DNA from: Pristiophorus japonicus
Lineage: Eukaryota
Assembly (NCBI RefSeq): GCF_044704955.1
Contig: NC_091980.1
Coordinates: forward strand, 133,176,001-133,240,000
Length of the DNA stretch: 64,000 bases
Direction: 5' to 3'
Shown here: one piece after another, positions 13,103 to 24,739 of the stretch
How positions within the stretch are numbered: the stretch's first letter is position 1
Layout of the letters: each line of letters opens with the position of its first letter
Program-made: the position numbers and the translations under genes
The notes under the pieces: generated by a model
The model's database searches: none
What the model was told of the DNA's origin: nothing
Seen by the model: the letters and a program-made list of their open reading frames with translations, nothing else

Positions 13103-13338
13103 TGTTATGTATTGATATGTGTATCGTCCTGGTATCTTAAATGTATTGTAAGCACAATGGTACTCCACAGAGGGCGCTGTGGTGGGAGACCTGAAAGTAC
13201 CTGCAAGAGGCAGTATAAAAGGCTGACCACCACTCCTGAGAGTCACTCTGGAGCTGTTCAATAAAGGACGAAGGTCACAGCAGTTAGATTAACACCAGAC
13301 CATGTGGAGTCAGTGATTTGTGTGCTACATACACCACA
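13103..13338 (+). mobile_element. Solo LTR
   Basis: TG...CA, 236 bp, internal TATAAAA and AATAAA; TSD CTGGC/CTGTC; empty sites in units 2 and 3. Confidence 0.85.
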
Positions 13339-15451
13339 CTGTCCTTGAGCTCAGACATTACTGGTCTGTATGGCAGTTACTTGCTTCTTTGCCCACACAG
13401 CTCAACCGGAAGTCTATAGCAGCAGTGGTTTACTGAGCTATCCGCAGTAATAACTGAATGCAAAAAGCACAGATGCATTTAAGGGGAAGCTAGATAAACA
13501 CAAGGGAGAATGGTACAGAAGGATATGCTGATAGGTCTAGATGAAGAAGGGAGTGAGGAGACTCACATGGAGCATAAACCACAGCATGGCTCAGTTGGAC
13601 CGAAAGGTCTTTTTCTGTGCTGTAAATTTGATATAATTCTTAAAACATGGGCACTTGTGAAGTTCTTCACATTGAGGGAGCTGAAGACATTGTCAGAAAC
13701 ATAAAGCTATCAAACCCATCAACACGCAAACCCAGGCCGACTCGTGGAATTGTGGCTCATCAATGTATGAAATTTTGTGACATCGACACTCCAAAAGTGC
13801 CCTTGAGAGTTGCAAAGACATTAACATGGAATGGCTGAAGATGGCAATTTAATTGCATCCAATTTATTTTCTCAACTAAATTCCTAACACTAACTTGTAA
13901 ACGCTGGATTATTACAGCTGTAGCTGAATAGGGGTGAAGGCGAGAAATGGAGATCCAGCAGGATTTGGACAGATTAATTGCTATTTGATATGAAATACAA
14001 AATGAGACTAAATATAAATTGATACATTGGGTTGATGAATTGAGGGATTAGGCATTGGGGCCCGGGTTTTGGGGAGGGGGGAGTGCTTTTCAAGATAAAT
14101 GTGTTTAACTTCTTGGGCATTTTGTTTTGGTCATTTAATGAAATACATTTACTCCTTTAATACCTTACCCAATTCCTTATTCATGTGTGAACCTAATTTG
14201 TGTTGGTAAGTTATTCAACCATGAGGGCAGCGGGCGGAAGGGAATCTATCCCAGAACCACCACAGTCGAGTATCCACACTAACCAATGAAGCTGTGACAG
14301 TAAGCTGATGCCACCTGTTGCTTTCCCTTCTCACCCAATTGTAGTCCCCGGGGTTTCAATGCATTCAGACATTACTGGTCATACAGCATTTGCTGCTCTG
14401 CCTACAAAGCTTAACAGAAACTCTACAGCAGCAGTGGTGAGTTCAGTTTCTGAACAACCTGCAAAAATAACTGAACAGGATCTGCAGCAGCTGCTGAATA
14501 CAAACTGCTAATTCCAGGGCCGATACACTTATTAAATAGGATGCTAATCAAGGCCTGAAATGGTGTAACTGTAAATCATTCCCCGTGTTTATCTCATGTT
14601 ACGGCAACTTGTATTTTGTCGTGTGGAGTTTTCATTTATGTAAGAGCAGAGAGAATGTTCACTAGTGGGAACAGGTATTTTTATTCAGCTGTCTAGAGCA
14701 AGCTCTGGAGTTCCCTTCCTAAACCTCACGACCTCCTTTAAGACACTTCTTAAAACCTACCTCTGACCATGCTTTGTCCCTCGTCAATACCGCATGTGGT
14801 GGTCAATTGTCTGAACATTATAGATCTTACAGCATGTGTCCGAATATCCAACATTACATCAGAGGCAACACAAAATTCTGAGGGGAGAGGATCAACAGCT
14901 ACTGGTCGTGGTCCATATCGGGGCCAATGACATACGTAGAAAGAGGGATGAGGTCCTGCAGGCAGCGTTTAGGGAGCTAGGAGAGAGATTAAAAAGCAGG
15001 ACCTCAAAGGTAGTAATCTCTGGATTACTCATGGTTCCACGAGTTAGTGAGTACAGAAATAGGAGTATAGAGCAGATGAATGCGTGGCTGGAGAGATGGT
15101 GCAGGAGGGAGGGCTTTGTATTCCTGAGACACTGGGACCGCTTCTGCGGAAGCTGAGACCTGTACAAGCCAGACCGGTTGCACCTCAACAGCACCGGGAC
15201 CAAAATCCTTGTGGGGAGAGTGGCGGTGGGGGTGCTGGTGGTTGCTAGTGCTGTTGGAGAAGGTTTAAACTAGCTTGGCAAGGGGATGGGAACCTGAGAA
15301 TAGAGTCAGTAGGGAGGGGAGTAAAGCTGGAATTGTAAAGCAAAAATGTAGAAAGTGAAGGGATAACCATCCGTGGCTAACTAAAAAAATAAGGGATGGT
15401 ATCAAATTGAAAATAAGGGCATATAATGTGACCAAAACTAGTGGGAGGCCA

Positions 15452-15696
15452 CACTATATTGTCCTTTATTAGAGTGATTGTAAGTTTGACCTTGTATTTT
15501 CTTACAAGAGTAATAAGCTTGTATTTCCCTGACTGTAATAAAAACAAAGTTCTTTGCATCAAATCAGTGTCCTTTGCACTTTGTCACGCCCCCCAAATAA
15601 ATCCAGAGTACAGAACTGAAGGGAGTGGGTGCGATTCAAGTCGCTCAAGTTGGTCAGAAGGGAACCTGACCCCATCATAGAGACCACCCCCTTACA
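15452..15696 (-). mobile_element. Probable truncated LTR fragment
   Basis: Non-CR1 segment replacing CR1 sequence; begins TGTAAGGG on the minus strand and has AATAAA near the other end. Confidence 0.4.
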
Positions 15697-16028
15697 GGAA
15701 TTAATAATGAGAACAGGGAAATGGCAGAGATGTTGAACAAATATTTTGTATTGGTCTTCACGGTCGAAGACACTAAAAACATCCCAATAATGGATAATCA
15801 AGGGACCAATCACTATCACTAATGAAGTAGTACTCGGTAAAATAATGGAACTAAAGGTGGATAAGACTCCTGGACACAACGGCTTATATCCGAGGGTCTT
15901 AAAATAAGTGTCTGCAGAGAAAGTAGATGCATTGGTTGTAATCCAACAAAATTCCCTGGATTCTGAGGCAGTACAATCAAATTGGAAACCTACAAATGTA
16001 GCACCCCTATTTAAAAAAGGAGGCAGAC

Positions 16029-19000
16029 TGTTATGTATGTAACACCTTGTAACCAGCATTCTACCGCCACCAGAGGGTACATCTGTTGGAGTCCCAAGGG
16101 ATCCCAGCATCCCTTGGGAGCACTGCATATAAGCAGGCCTCCCATGCTGTGCCAGCACTCTGGAGTCAGAATAAATAGACTAAGGTCACACTGACTCAAG
16201 TCTGCAGTACTCAGTCACATAACAACTGGCGACGAGTAATAGATAAAGAACCATCACGAGAGAATGCAGAGAACTGTTGGTATCCTGGAGAAAATCTCAG
16301 AAGGTGACGATTGGGAAGACTTCATGGAGCGACTTGACCAATACTTCGTGGCCAATGAGCTTGAAGGAAATAAGAACGCTGCCAAATGATGGGCGATCCT
16401 GCTCACCGTTTGCGGGCCAACAACCTATGGCCTCAAGAAGAATCTTGTTGCTCCGGTGAAAACAACAACCAAATCGTATGAAGAATTGTGTACGCTGGTC
16501 CAGGAGCACCTAAATCCGAAGTAGAGCGTTCTGATGGCAAGGTATCGATTTTATGTAAGCCAACGATCTGAAGGCCAGGAAGTGGCGAGCTACGTCGCCG
16601 AACTAAGGCGCCTTGCAGGACATTGCGAATTCGGTGGATTCCTCGGGCAAATGCCAAGAGACCTTTTTGTGCTTGGCATTGGCCATGAGGTTATCCTTCG
16701 CAAACTATTGACTGTTGAAACACCGAACCTGAGCAAAGCCATAACGATAGCCCAGGCATTTACGTTCACCAGCGATAACACCAAACAAATTTCGCAGCAT
16801 AAAGATGCATCGGCAAGTACTGTACACAAAATAACGTCGTATTCAGACAGGAATGCATATGGCAGAACGTACATGCCTGCAGCTGCATTACCTCAGATGA
16901 CTCAGAGTCCGCCATCAAGTGTGAATGTGAGGCAATTAACACCTTATTGGCGCTGCGGAGCTGATCATCGAGCCCACCAATGCTGCTTCAAACACTATGC
17001 GTGCAAAGACTGTGGAACAATGGGACACCTCCAGCAAATGTGCAGACGAGCTGCAAATCCTGCAAACCACCACATTGCAGAGGAAGACCGATCCATGGCG
17101 GATCAAACTGAACTCGAAATTCGAACCGAGAAGGCAGACGTGTACGGGGTACACACCTTCACCACGAAATGTCCACCGATCATGTTAACATTTGAACTGA
17201 ACGGAATTCCAGCATCCATAGAATTGGACACAGGTGCGAGTCAGTCCATCATGAGCAAAAAGGGCTTCAAGAGGCTGTGGTGCAAAAAGGCACAAAGGCC
17301 TAAGCTGAGCCCTATTCATACCAAGTTGAGAACTTACACTAGAGAGCTGATCTCTGTAATTGGCAGTGCAGCAGTAAAAGTCTCCTATGATGGAGTGGCA
17401 CACAAACTACCACTGTAGATTGTACCAGGAGATGGCCCCACACTGTTCGATAGAAGCTGGCTGTGAAAAATCCATTGGACGACATCCGAGCGCTCTCGTC
17501 CGTCGACGACGCCTCATGTGCCCAGGTTTTGAGCAAGTTCCCGTCGTTGTTTGAGCCAGGCATTGGAAATTTCTCCAGGGCGAAGGTGCAGATCCACTTG
17601 ATTCCCAGTACATGACTCATCAACCACAAGGCACGTGTGGTGCCATACATGATGCCAGAGAAAGTGGAGATCGAGTGGACAGGCTGCAACGAGAGGGCAT
17701 CATCGCACCGGTTGAGTTCAACGAGTGGGCCAGTCCAATTGTTCCGGTTGAGCGATGGCATGGTCAGAATTTGTGGGGACTATAAATAATGATTAATCAT
17801 ATTTCGCTGCAGGACCAGTATCCACTACCCAAGGCAGATGACCTATTAGCGACGCTGGCAGGAGGGAAGACATTCACCAAGTTGGACCTGACGTCGGCCT
17901 ACATGACGTAGGAGCTGGCGGAATCTTCGAAAGGACTCACCTGTATCAACACACACAAGGGTCTGTTCATCTACAAAAGATGCCCGTTTGGGATTCGATC
18001 GGCCGCGGCTATTTTTCAAAGGAACATGGAAAGTCTTCCAAATTCGACTTGTAGGACCGTGGTTTTCCTTTGAACAATTGCAGAACCTGGAAGAGGTTCT
18101 AAGTCAGCTAGATTGTGTGGGACTCAGGTTGCAACACTTGAAGTGTGTTTTCCTGGCGCTAGAGGTCAAGTTCTTAGGGAAAAGAATCGCTGCAGACGGC
18201 ATCAGACCCACCGACGCCAAGACGGAGGCCATCAAGAACGCGCTGAGACCACAGAACATGACGGAGCTGCGGTCGTTCCTGCAATTCCTCAAATATTTTG
18301 GTAATTACCTACCCGGGTTAAGCACATTGCTAGAATCTCTACATTTGTTGCTATGCAAGGGAGATGACTGGGTATGGGGGAAATCACAAAAGACTGCCTT
18401 TGAGAAAGCCAGAAATCTGTTATATTCCAACAAACTGCTTGTTCTGTATGACCCACGTAAACGTTTAGTGCTAGCTTGCGATGTGTCTTCGTATGGGGTC
18501 AGGTGTGTGTTACAACAAGCAAACAAATCGGGAACATAGCAACCGGTGCTTATGCGTCCAGGAGTTTGTCCAAGGAGGAAGGGCCGATAGCATGATTGAA
18601 AAGAAGCTCTGGCATGCCACGAGCAACCTGAAGAGGATACCACCAACTTTGACCATCCGATACTCACAAAAGTGGCAACCGACATCACAGTTGACCACGA
18701 AGCGGAACTCATCATCACCAGCAGCCCAGCAAGGCCAGCTGTGCAACAGCCCAGCGAAGGCCCAACTAACTCACCTGCACCTGTGTTTGTACCGAGACGA
18801 TCGACTAGGGAGCGGAAAGCCCCAGATCGTCTCACCCTGTAAATAAGTTTACTATTGTCTTTGGGGGGGGGAGGCGGGGGACTGATGTTTTGTATGCAAC
18901 ACCGTGTAACCAGAATTCTACCGACACCAGAGGGCGCATCTGTTGGAGTCCCAAGGGGTCTCAGCATCCCTTGGGAGCACTGCATAAAAGCAGGCCTTCT

Positions 19001-19098
19001 ATGCTGTGCCAGCACACTGGAGTCAGAATAAAGAGACTAAGGTCACACTTACTCAAGTCTACAGTACTCAATCACATTGCTTTATTAGAGACATAACA
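16029..19098 (+). mobile_element. Ty3/Gypsy LTR retrotransposon B, integrase deleted
   Basis: LTRs 16029-16224 and 18886-19098; TSD CAGAC; PBS TGGCGACGAG; G-rich PPT; gag-PR ORF 16534-17418; RNase H joins directly to the C-terminal tail near 18610. Confidence 0.94.
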
Positions 19099-20693
19099 CA
19101 GACAAAAAGCAGGAAACTATAGACCAGTTAGCTTAACACCCGTCATTGGGAAAATGCTGGAGTACATTATTAAGCAGTAGCAGAACATTTGGAAAAGCAT
19201 AATTCAATCAAGCAGAGTCAGCATGGTTTTATGACACGGAAATCACGTTTGACAAATTTGCTGGCGTTCTTTGAGGTGTAACGAGCAGGATGGATAAGGG
19301 GTAACCAGTGGATGTAGTGTATTGGGATTTCCAGAAGGCATTGGGAAAGGTGCCACATAAGATGTTACTGCACAAGATAAAAGCTCACGGGGTTGGGGGG
19401 TAATATATTAGCATGGATAGAAGATCGGCTAACAGAAAAGAGAGCCAGGAGAAATGAGTCATTTTCCAGTTGCCAAACAGTGACTAGTAGGGTGCCACAG
19501 GGATCTGTGCTAGGTCCTCAACTGTTCAAAATCTATATTAATGACTTGGATGAAGGGACCAAATGTAATGTAGCCACATTTGCTGATATAAAGATGGGTG
19601 GGAAAGCAAATTGTGAGGACACAAAAAATCTGCCAAGGGATATAGACAGGCTAAGTGAGTGTACAAAAATTTGGCAGATGCAATATAGAGAGAAAATATG
19701 AGGTTATCCACTCTGGCAGAAATAATAGAAAAGCAAATTATAATTTAAGTGGAGAAAAATTGCAAAGTGCTGCAGTGCAGAGGAACAGGCCTGGGGACCT
19801 CATGCATGAAACACAAAAAGTTAGTATGCAGGTACAGCAAGTAACCAGGAAGGCAAATGGAATGTTGGCATTTACTCCAAGGGGGCTACAGTATTAAAGC
19901 AGATAGCCTGCTGCAACTGTACATAGTATTGGTGAAATGAGGCCACACTTGAGTACTGCACACAGTTTTTGTCTTGATATTTAAAGAAAATATATACTTG
20001 CATTGGAGTGTTTACTAGGTTGATTCTAGAGATGAGCATGTTGGCTTAAGATAGGTTGGGCCTATACTCATTAGAGTGCAGATGAATGAGAGGTGATCTT
20101 ACTGAACATACAAGATAAGATCAATGAGGAGGCTCAACCAGTTAGATGTAGAGAAAATATTTCCACTCAGCAGGAAACTAAAACTAGGGGACACCTCTTT
20201 AGAACTAAGAGGAATCACTTCTCAGAGGGTAGCAAACCTATGGATTCTCTGCCCCAGAGAGCTGTGGAGGCTGGGTCATTGAACATATTTAAGGCAGAAA
20301 TGGACAGATTTTTGAAGTAAGTAAGGGTTATGAGGAGCAAACAGGGAAGTAGAGTTGTGTCAATGATCAGATCAGCAAGCTCAAGGGGCCAAATGGCCTA
20401 AGCCTGCTCCAATTTCTTATGTTCTCTAAAGTTCAGAATACCAGAACTGTTGCACAGCTCAGTGCAATTCCTGATTTAACACAACTAAGTTTGCATCATA
20501 GAAAATAAACAACTTACAAGGAGTCAAAACCCAGTCCAATATTGAATATTACAGTTATGTTACAGGTCACATCAAGCACCCAGATCTCACAGCTCTTTGT
20601 ACAAAGTCACCAGCAATCATTATCTACAGGACAGGGGTCCTGATTATGTAAATACAAGTCCTAAACACAATAAGCTTGATCCCATCAGTCAGT

Positions 20694-22541
20694 CTAGTTA
20701 CATTCTCCAACGATGTGCTTGTCAAACAGGTACCCCAGGCCATTTTCAGGGGCTCCCAGTCTTTTCAGGTTGGTGATGTGATCCGAAGCTTCTTGATCAT
20801 CTTCACTTGTTCATCCAAGTAGTGGGTCTCCAGGAAGTCACAACTGAAAGAGGGAAACTAGTTATGTCAAGCAGCAGTTATCAAGGAATGTTAGCTTCCA
20901 TTTGAGAATTTGGATTGTAATCCTCTTGAACTGGAGGATAGTCAAGTGGTCCAATTGAGATTGATGGAATTACTGCATCATTAGATTAAACTTACTGCAC
21001 AATAGCTGCTCAGAACCTGGGACACATTTACTAGTCACTGTCCACAATATGCCAACTTCCCCCATCCCTTCCCACTGCTCCCCAAATAAAAAACATTGAC
21101 ACACCAACACAAAGCTATTGGGTGTGGAGATCTTTTAATTAGGCTCAAGGACAAGGTTCCACAATCTCAGCCCACATTAAGAACTTACACGAGGGTCTGT
21201 CCTCACTGGAGAGTTTGTGCAGATCCAGCAGACTCTGGTTCACATTCTTCTCCATCTGCAGAGCTCTCTGCATCGCCTCCAGACCATTGCTCCACTCATC
21301 CTGCTCTGGTTTCTGGAAAGGAAATTCTAACAGTTCACTTACAATGGATTAAATAAACATTTGAAGGAAATTAGGTGAGCAATCAAAAGTCTACTTTATC
21401 AACAACCCATGTGTTAGCTTAATGGCAATTTTATATTCTATCACAACCACTAGAGTCATATTGATGATGCAAAAATAAGATGTATTTAAGGGGAAGCTTG
21501 GCAAGTGCATGGGGAGAAAGGAATAGAATAGGCGAGCTAAAGCAAGATGGGAGGAGCCCCACGTAGAATATAAAAACCAGTATGGCCGAATGGCTTGTGT
21601 GCTGTAAATTGGAACCAATTGCTTTGGAATGTATTGGGAGCAATCAGTCTAAGGGGAGCCAGAATGAAGGCCACCTCTTTATTGAATCCAACCTTCACAT
21701 CTCCCAAGATGATCCATCCTCCTCGCCGATTCTGGAATTCCATCAGTTTCTCAGCATGCTCACGTTCCTCATGTGACTGCTCCTTGAAGAACTCAGCAAA
21801 GTGACGCAGGACAACATCCTCGGTCAAAGAAGGACTATGGAGAGATCAGAAGAGTAGTTGGGTATTGCATGGCAGACCCATCATGTGTACAGGATATGAA
21901 AGGATGCAAAAAATGTTGTTGATTTTAATGGTTCAAAGTATCACTAAGCTTGTATGTAAATTGTCATGGAAACAATCTTTTGATACACTGGTCCAAGGTT
22001 TTTCATAGGCATTGATGTTTGCCAATTTATTTGGGGGGGGGGGGGGGGGGAAGAGAAAGTGGGGGGGCAGTTGCCTGTAGGAGGATGGGAAAGTAAGTTT
22101 ACCAGATTTCCACCACACTTGCAGGAAAGAATACTTCCTGACTTCCCTCCTAAATGTCCTAACTCTAATTTTATGATTAGATCCCCTCATTGCAAGGTAG
22201 CGAAAGACCATGGAGAGATTTAGAATGAGTATACAAATTCTGAATTCCATGCATTGAGTGCAGAATGTATTCCAAATAAGCTTCAACAACAACAACCTCA
22301 AAAGAGCCCAGGAAAGGGGAGTATAGATTCAAGATACTCAGAATAGGTGGGCTGGATACAGCACAGAATTTAGTAAATTCACATTACATAGTCTCCATTG
22401 TGAAGTGGTCAAAAATACAAAACTCACGATAGATAGATAAACATAGGAGGAATAGAGCTCCATGTTGAGCTGCTTGTTGGCCTGCTTGTTGGCAGCATCC
22501 TCACAGTTCTGGTGGTAGTTCTGACACACTTGAGAAAACAT
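20694..22541 (-). pseudogene. Ferritin copy 2, unprocessed pseudogene
   Basis: Exons 22428-22541 (12-nt ANKQ duplication), 21693-21834 (142 vs 147 nt, frameshift), 21189-21312 (124 vs 126 nt), 20694-20843 (further small deletions); the AATAAA present in copy 3 is lost. Confidence 0.9.
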
Positions 22542-22561
22542 CTTTATTCTTTTTTTCCAAA

Positions 22562-22720
22562 TCTAAACTTTGCTGCAGGAACAAACTGAGATTTCAGCAA
22601 CCTCAAAATCCTGTATTTATACTGAGGGAAATCCAGGGCGTGGCAGCCTAGAGGATGAGTGACAGTCCACAATACCCAGTCAGAAGTTGCAGACTCTCAG
22701 AGCACCAATCAAGTAAAGGG
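22562..22720 (-). promoter_or_regulatory. Ferritin copy 2 promoter remnant (TATA 22614-22621, degenerate IRE 22562-22580)
   Basis: Colinear with the copy 1 and copy 3 promoters. Confidence 0.6.
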
Positions 22721-23079
22721 AGGAGGGGAGATGGACTCCCAGAGCCAGTCAGATCTTTGAAGGATGAGCATCATTGGCTGACAACTCAATGAGGATCTCA
22801 ATGGTCCTAACTTTCCTCAAAAACAGTTGAAATATCCAGAATCCCAGGTTTAAATGAATCTCTACTCTTTAGGCTAATCAATTGGGAAAAACATCAGTGC
22901 CCCTTTATGAGGGGGAATAAACAATACGTTCCAAATCTCACAAAACTAATAAAAAAACTTTTCAAATTATAATTTAGATCCCTGTGTCCACGCTGCACTC
23001 CAGTCCCTCTGGTGCCCACCGGTCACGGAAAGCCTCAATCACACCGGCAGACACCGTGTGCTCCTTCTCCAAGGACATA

Positions 23080-23539
23080 ACAGAAGAACATCAGAAATAA
23101 GAACAGGAGTAGGCCATTAGGCCCTCGAGCCTGTTCCACCATTTAATAAGATCATGGCTGATCTGATCTTGGGCTCAGTTCCACTTCCCTGCCCGCTCCC
23201 CTTTACCCTTGACTCCCTTATCGTTCAAATATCTGTCTCCAACTCAAATATATTCAATGACCCAGTATCGCTGCTCTCTGGGGCAGAGAATTCCATAGAT
23301 TTATGACCCTCAGAGAAGAAATTCCTCCTCATCTCCATTTTAAATTGGCGACCACTTTTTCTGAAACTATGCCCCCTAGTTCGAGATTCCCCCACGAGTA
23401 GAAACATGCTCTCTGCATCTACCTTGTAAAGCCCCCTCAGTATCTTATATATTTCAATAAGATCACCTCTCATTCTTCTAAACTCCAATGAGAATAGGCC
23501 CAACCTGCACAACCTTTCATCATAAGTCAACCCCTTCAT
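23080..23539 (-). mobile_element. CR1 3' fragment
   Basis: ORF 23225-23539 is a CR1 RT C-terminus; paralogue of 2213-2665. Confidence 0.85.
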
Positions 23540-24739
23540 CTGATCTCTGAGCTCAGAGTGAGGAATGCCTCCAGCTGAATCACATCCGTGTTCAGCATGT
23601 TAAATTTGTATAGAACCTTGGCTAGACAACACCTGGAGTGCTGTGCACAGTTCTGGTCTCCACAGAATCATATAGAATCATAGAACAGTACAGCACACAA
23701 GGAGACCATTCGGCCCATCAAGTCTGTGCCGGGTCATTCGAAGAGCAATCCAGTTAGTCCCACTCCGAGGTTCTTTCCCCAAAATCCCTGCAATTTTTCC
23801 CCTTCAACTAGTTATCCATTTCCCTTTTGAAGGCTACTATTGAATCTGTTTCCACCACCCTATCAGGCCCTAACGTTGAGTTTTAAAGTTTTTCATTAGC
23901 AAAAGAACCAGAGGCGACATAATCACATTAATTCTGTGCCCTCTGGTTCTTGACGCTTCAGCTTTTGGAAACAGTTTCTCTTGATTTAACCTTCATGGTT
24001 TTAAACACCTCCACCAAATTGATCAAATCTCATCTTAGCCTTCTCTGCTCTAAGCAGAATATTATAAATAGGATGTAGAGTATTGACGAAGCTGCAAAAA
24101 TGATTCACAAGGATGATACCAGAACTGAGAGGTTATACCCATCAGGTGTGATTGGACAGGATGGAACTTCTTTCTTTAGAAAAGGGAAGGCGTAAGGGTG
24201 ACCTGATAGAGATCTTTAAAATTATATAAAAGCTGTTTTGATAACATAGGCATAGATAAAATGTTTCCACTTGTGGGCGAGTCCAAAACTAAGGCCCATC
24301 AATATAAGATAGTCACAAATAAATCTAAGAGGGACTTCAAAAGAAACTTCTTCAGAGGTTAGAATGTGGAACATGGTTTCTAAAGGAATATTTGAGGCAT
24401 AGAACATAGATGCATTTAAGGGGAAGCTGGATAAACACATGAAGGAGTAAGGATTGGAAGGATATGCTGATCGGGTTAGAAGATGATGGGTGGGAGGCGG
24501 CTCATGTGGAATATAAACTCCGGCATGGGCTGAATGGCCTTTTTCTGTGCTGTAAATTCAATGTATTTCTTAAAAAACGGCCACCTGTAAAGTTTTTCAC
24601 ATCAAGTGAGTTGAAGAATTTGTTTTGTCTGAAACTGAAGCCGTCAAACCCATCAGCACGCAAACCCAACCTGACTTGTAGAAGTGTGACTCATCAACGT
24701 TTGAAATGTGGTGACATCGATAGTCAAAAACTGCCATTG

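Larger units (their letters stand above)
14870..20425 (+). mobile_element. Degenerate, internally deleted CR1 LINE (ORF1 esterase plus ORF2 RT), interrupted by an LTR fragment and Gypsy B
   Basis: VVVHIGANDI SGNH-esterase motif, RT fragments 19140-20320, CR1 tail; paralogue 34745-47881. Confidence 0.85.

Noticed and set aside
14836-15156. SGNH/GDSL esterase ORFs (also 34708-35007, 59822-60475) as host genes
   Set aside because: They are CR1 ORF1 esterase domains, contiguous with CR1 ORF2.
21537-21827. Rescue of ferritin copy 2 by an alternative start or splice
   Set aside because: Independent frameshifting deletions in exons 2, 3 and 4, plus loss of the poly(A) signal.
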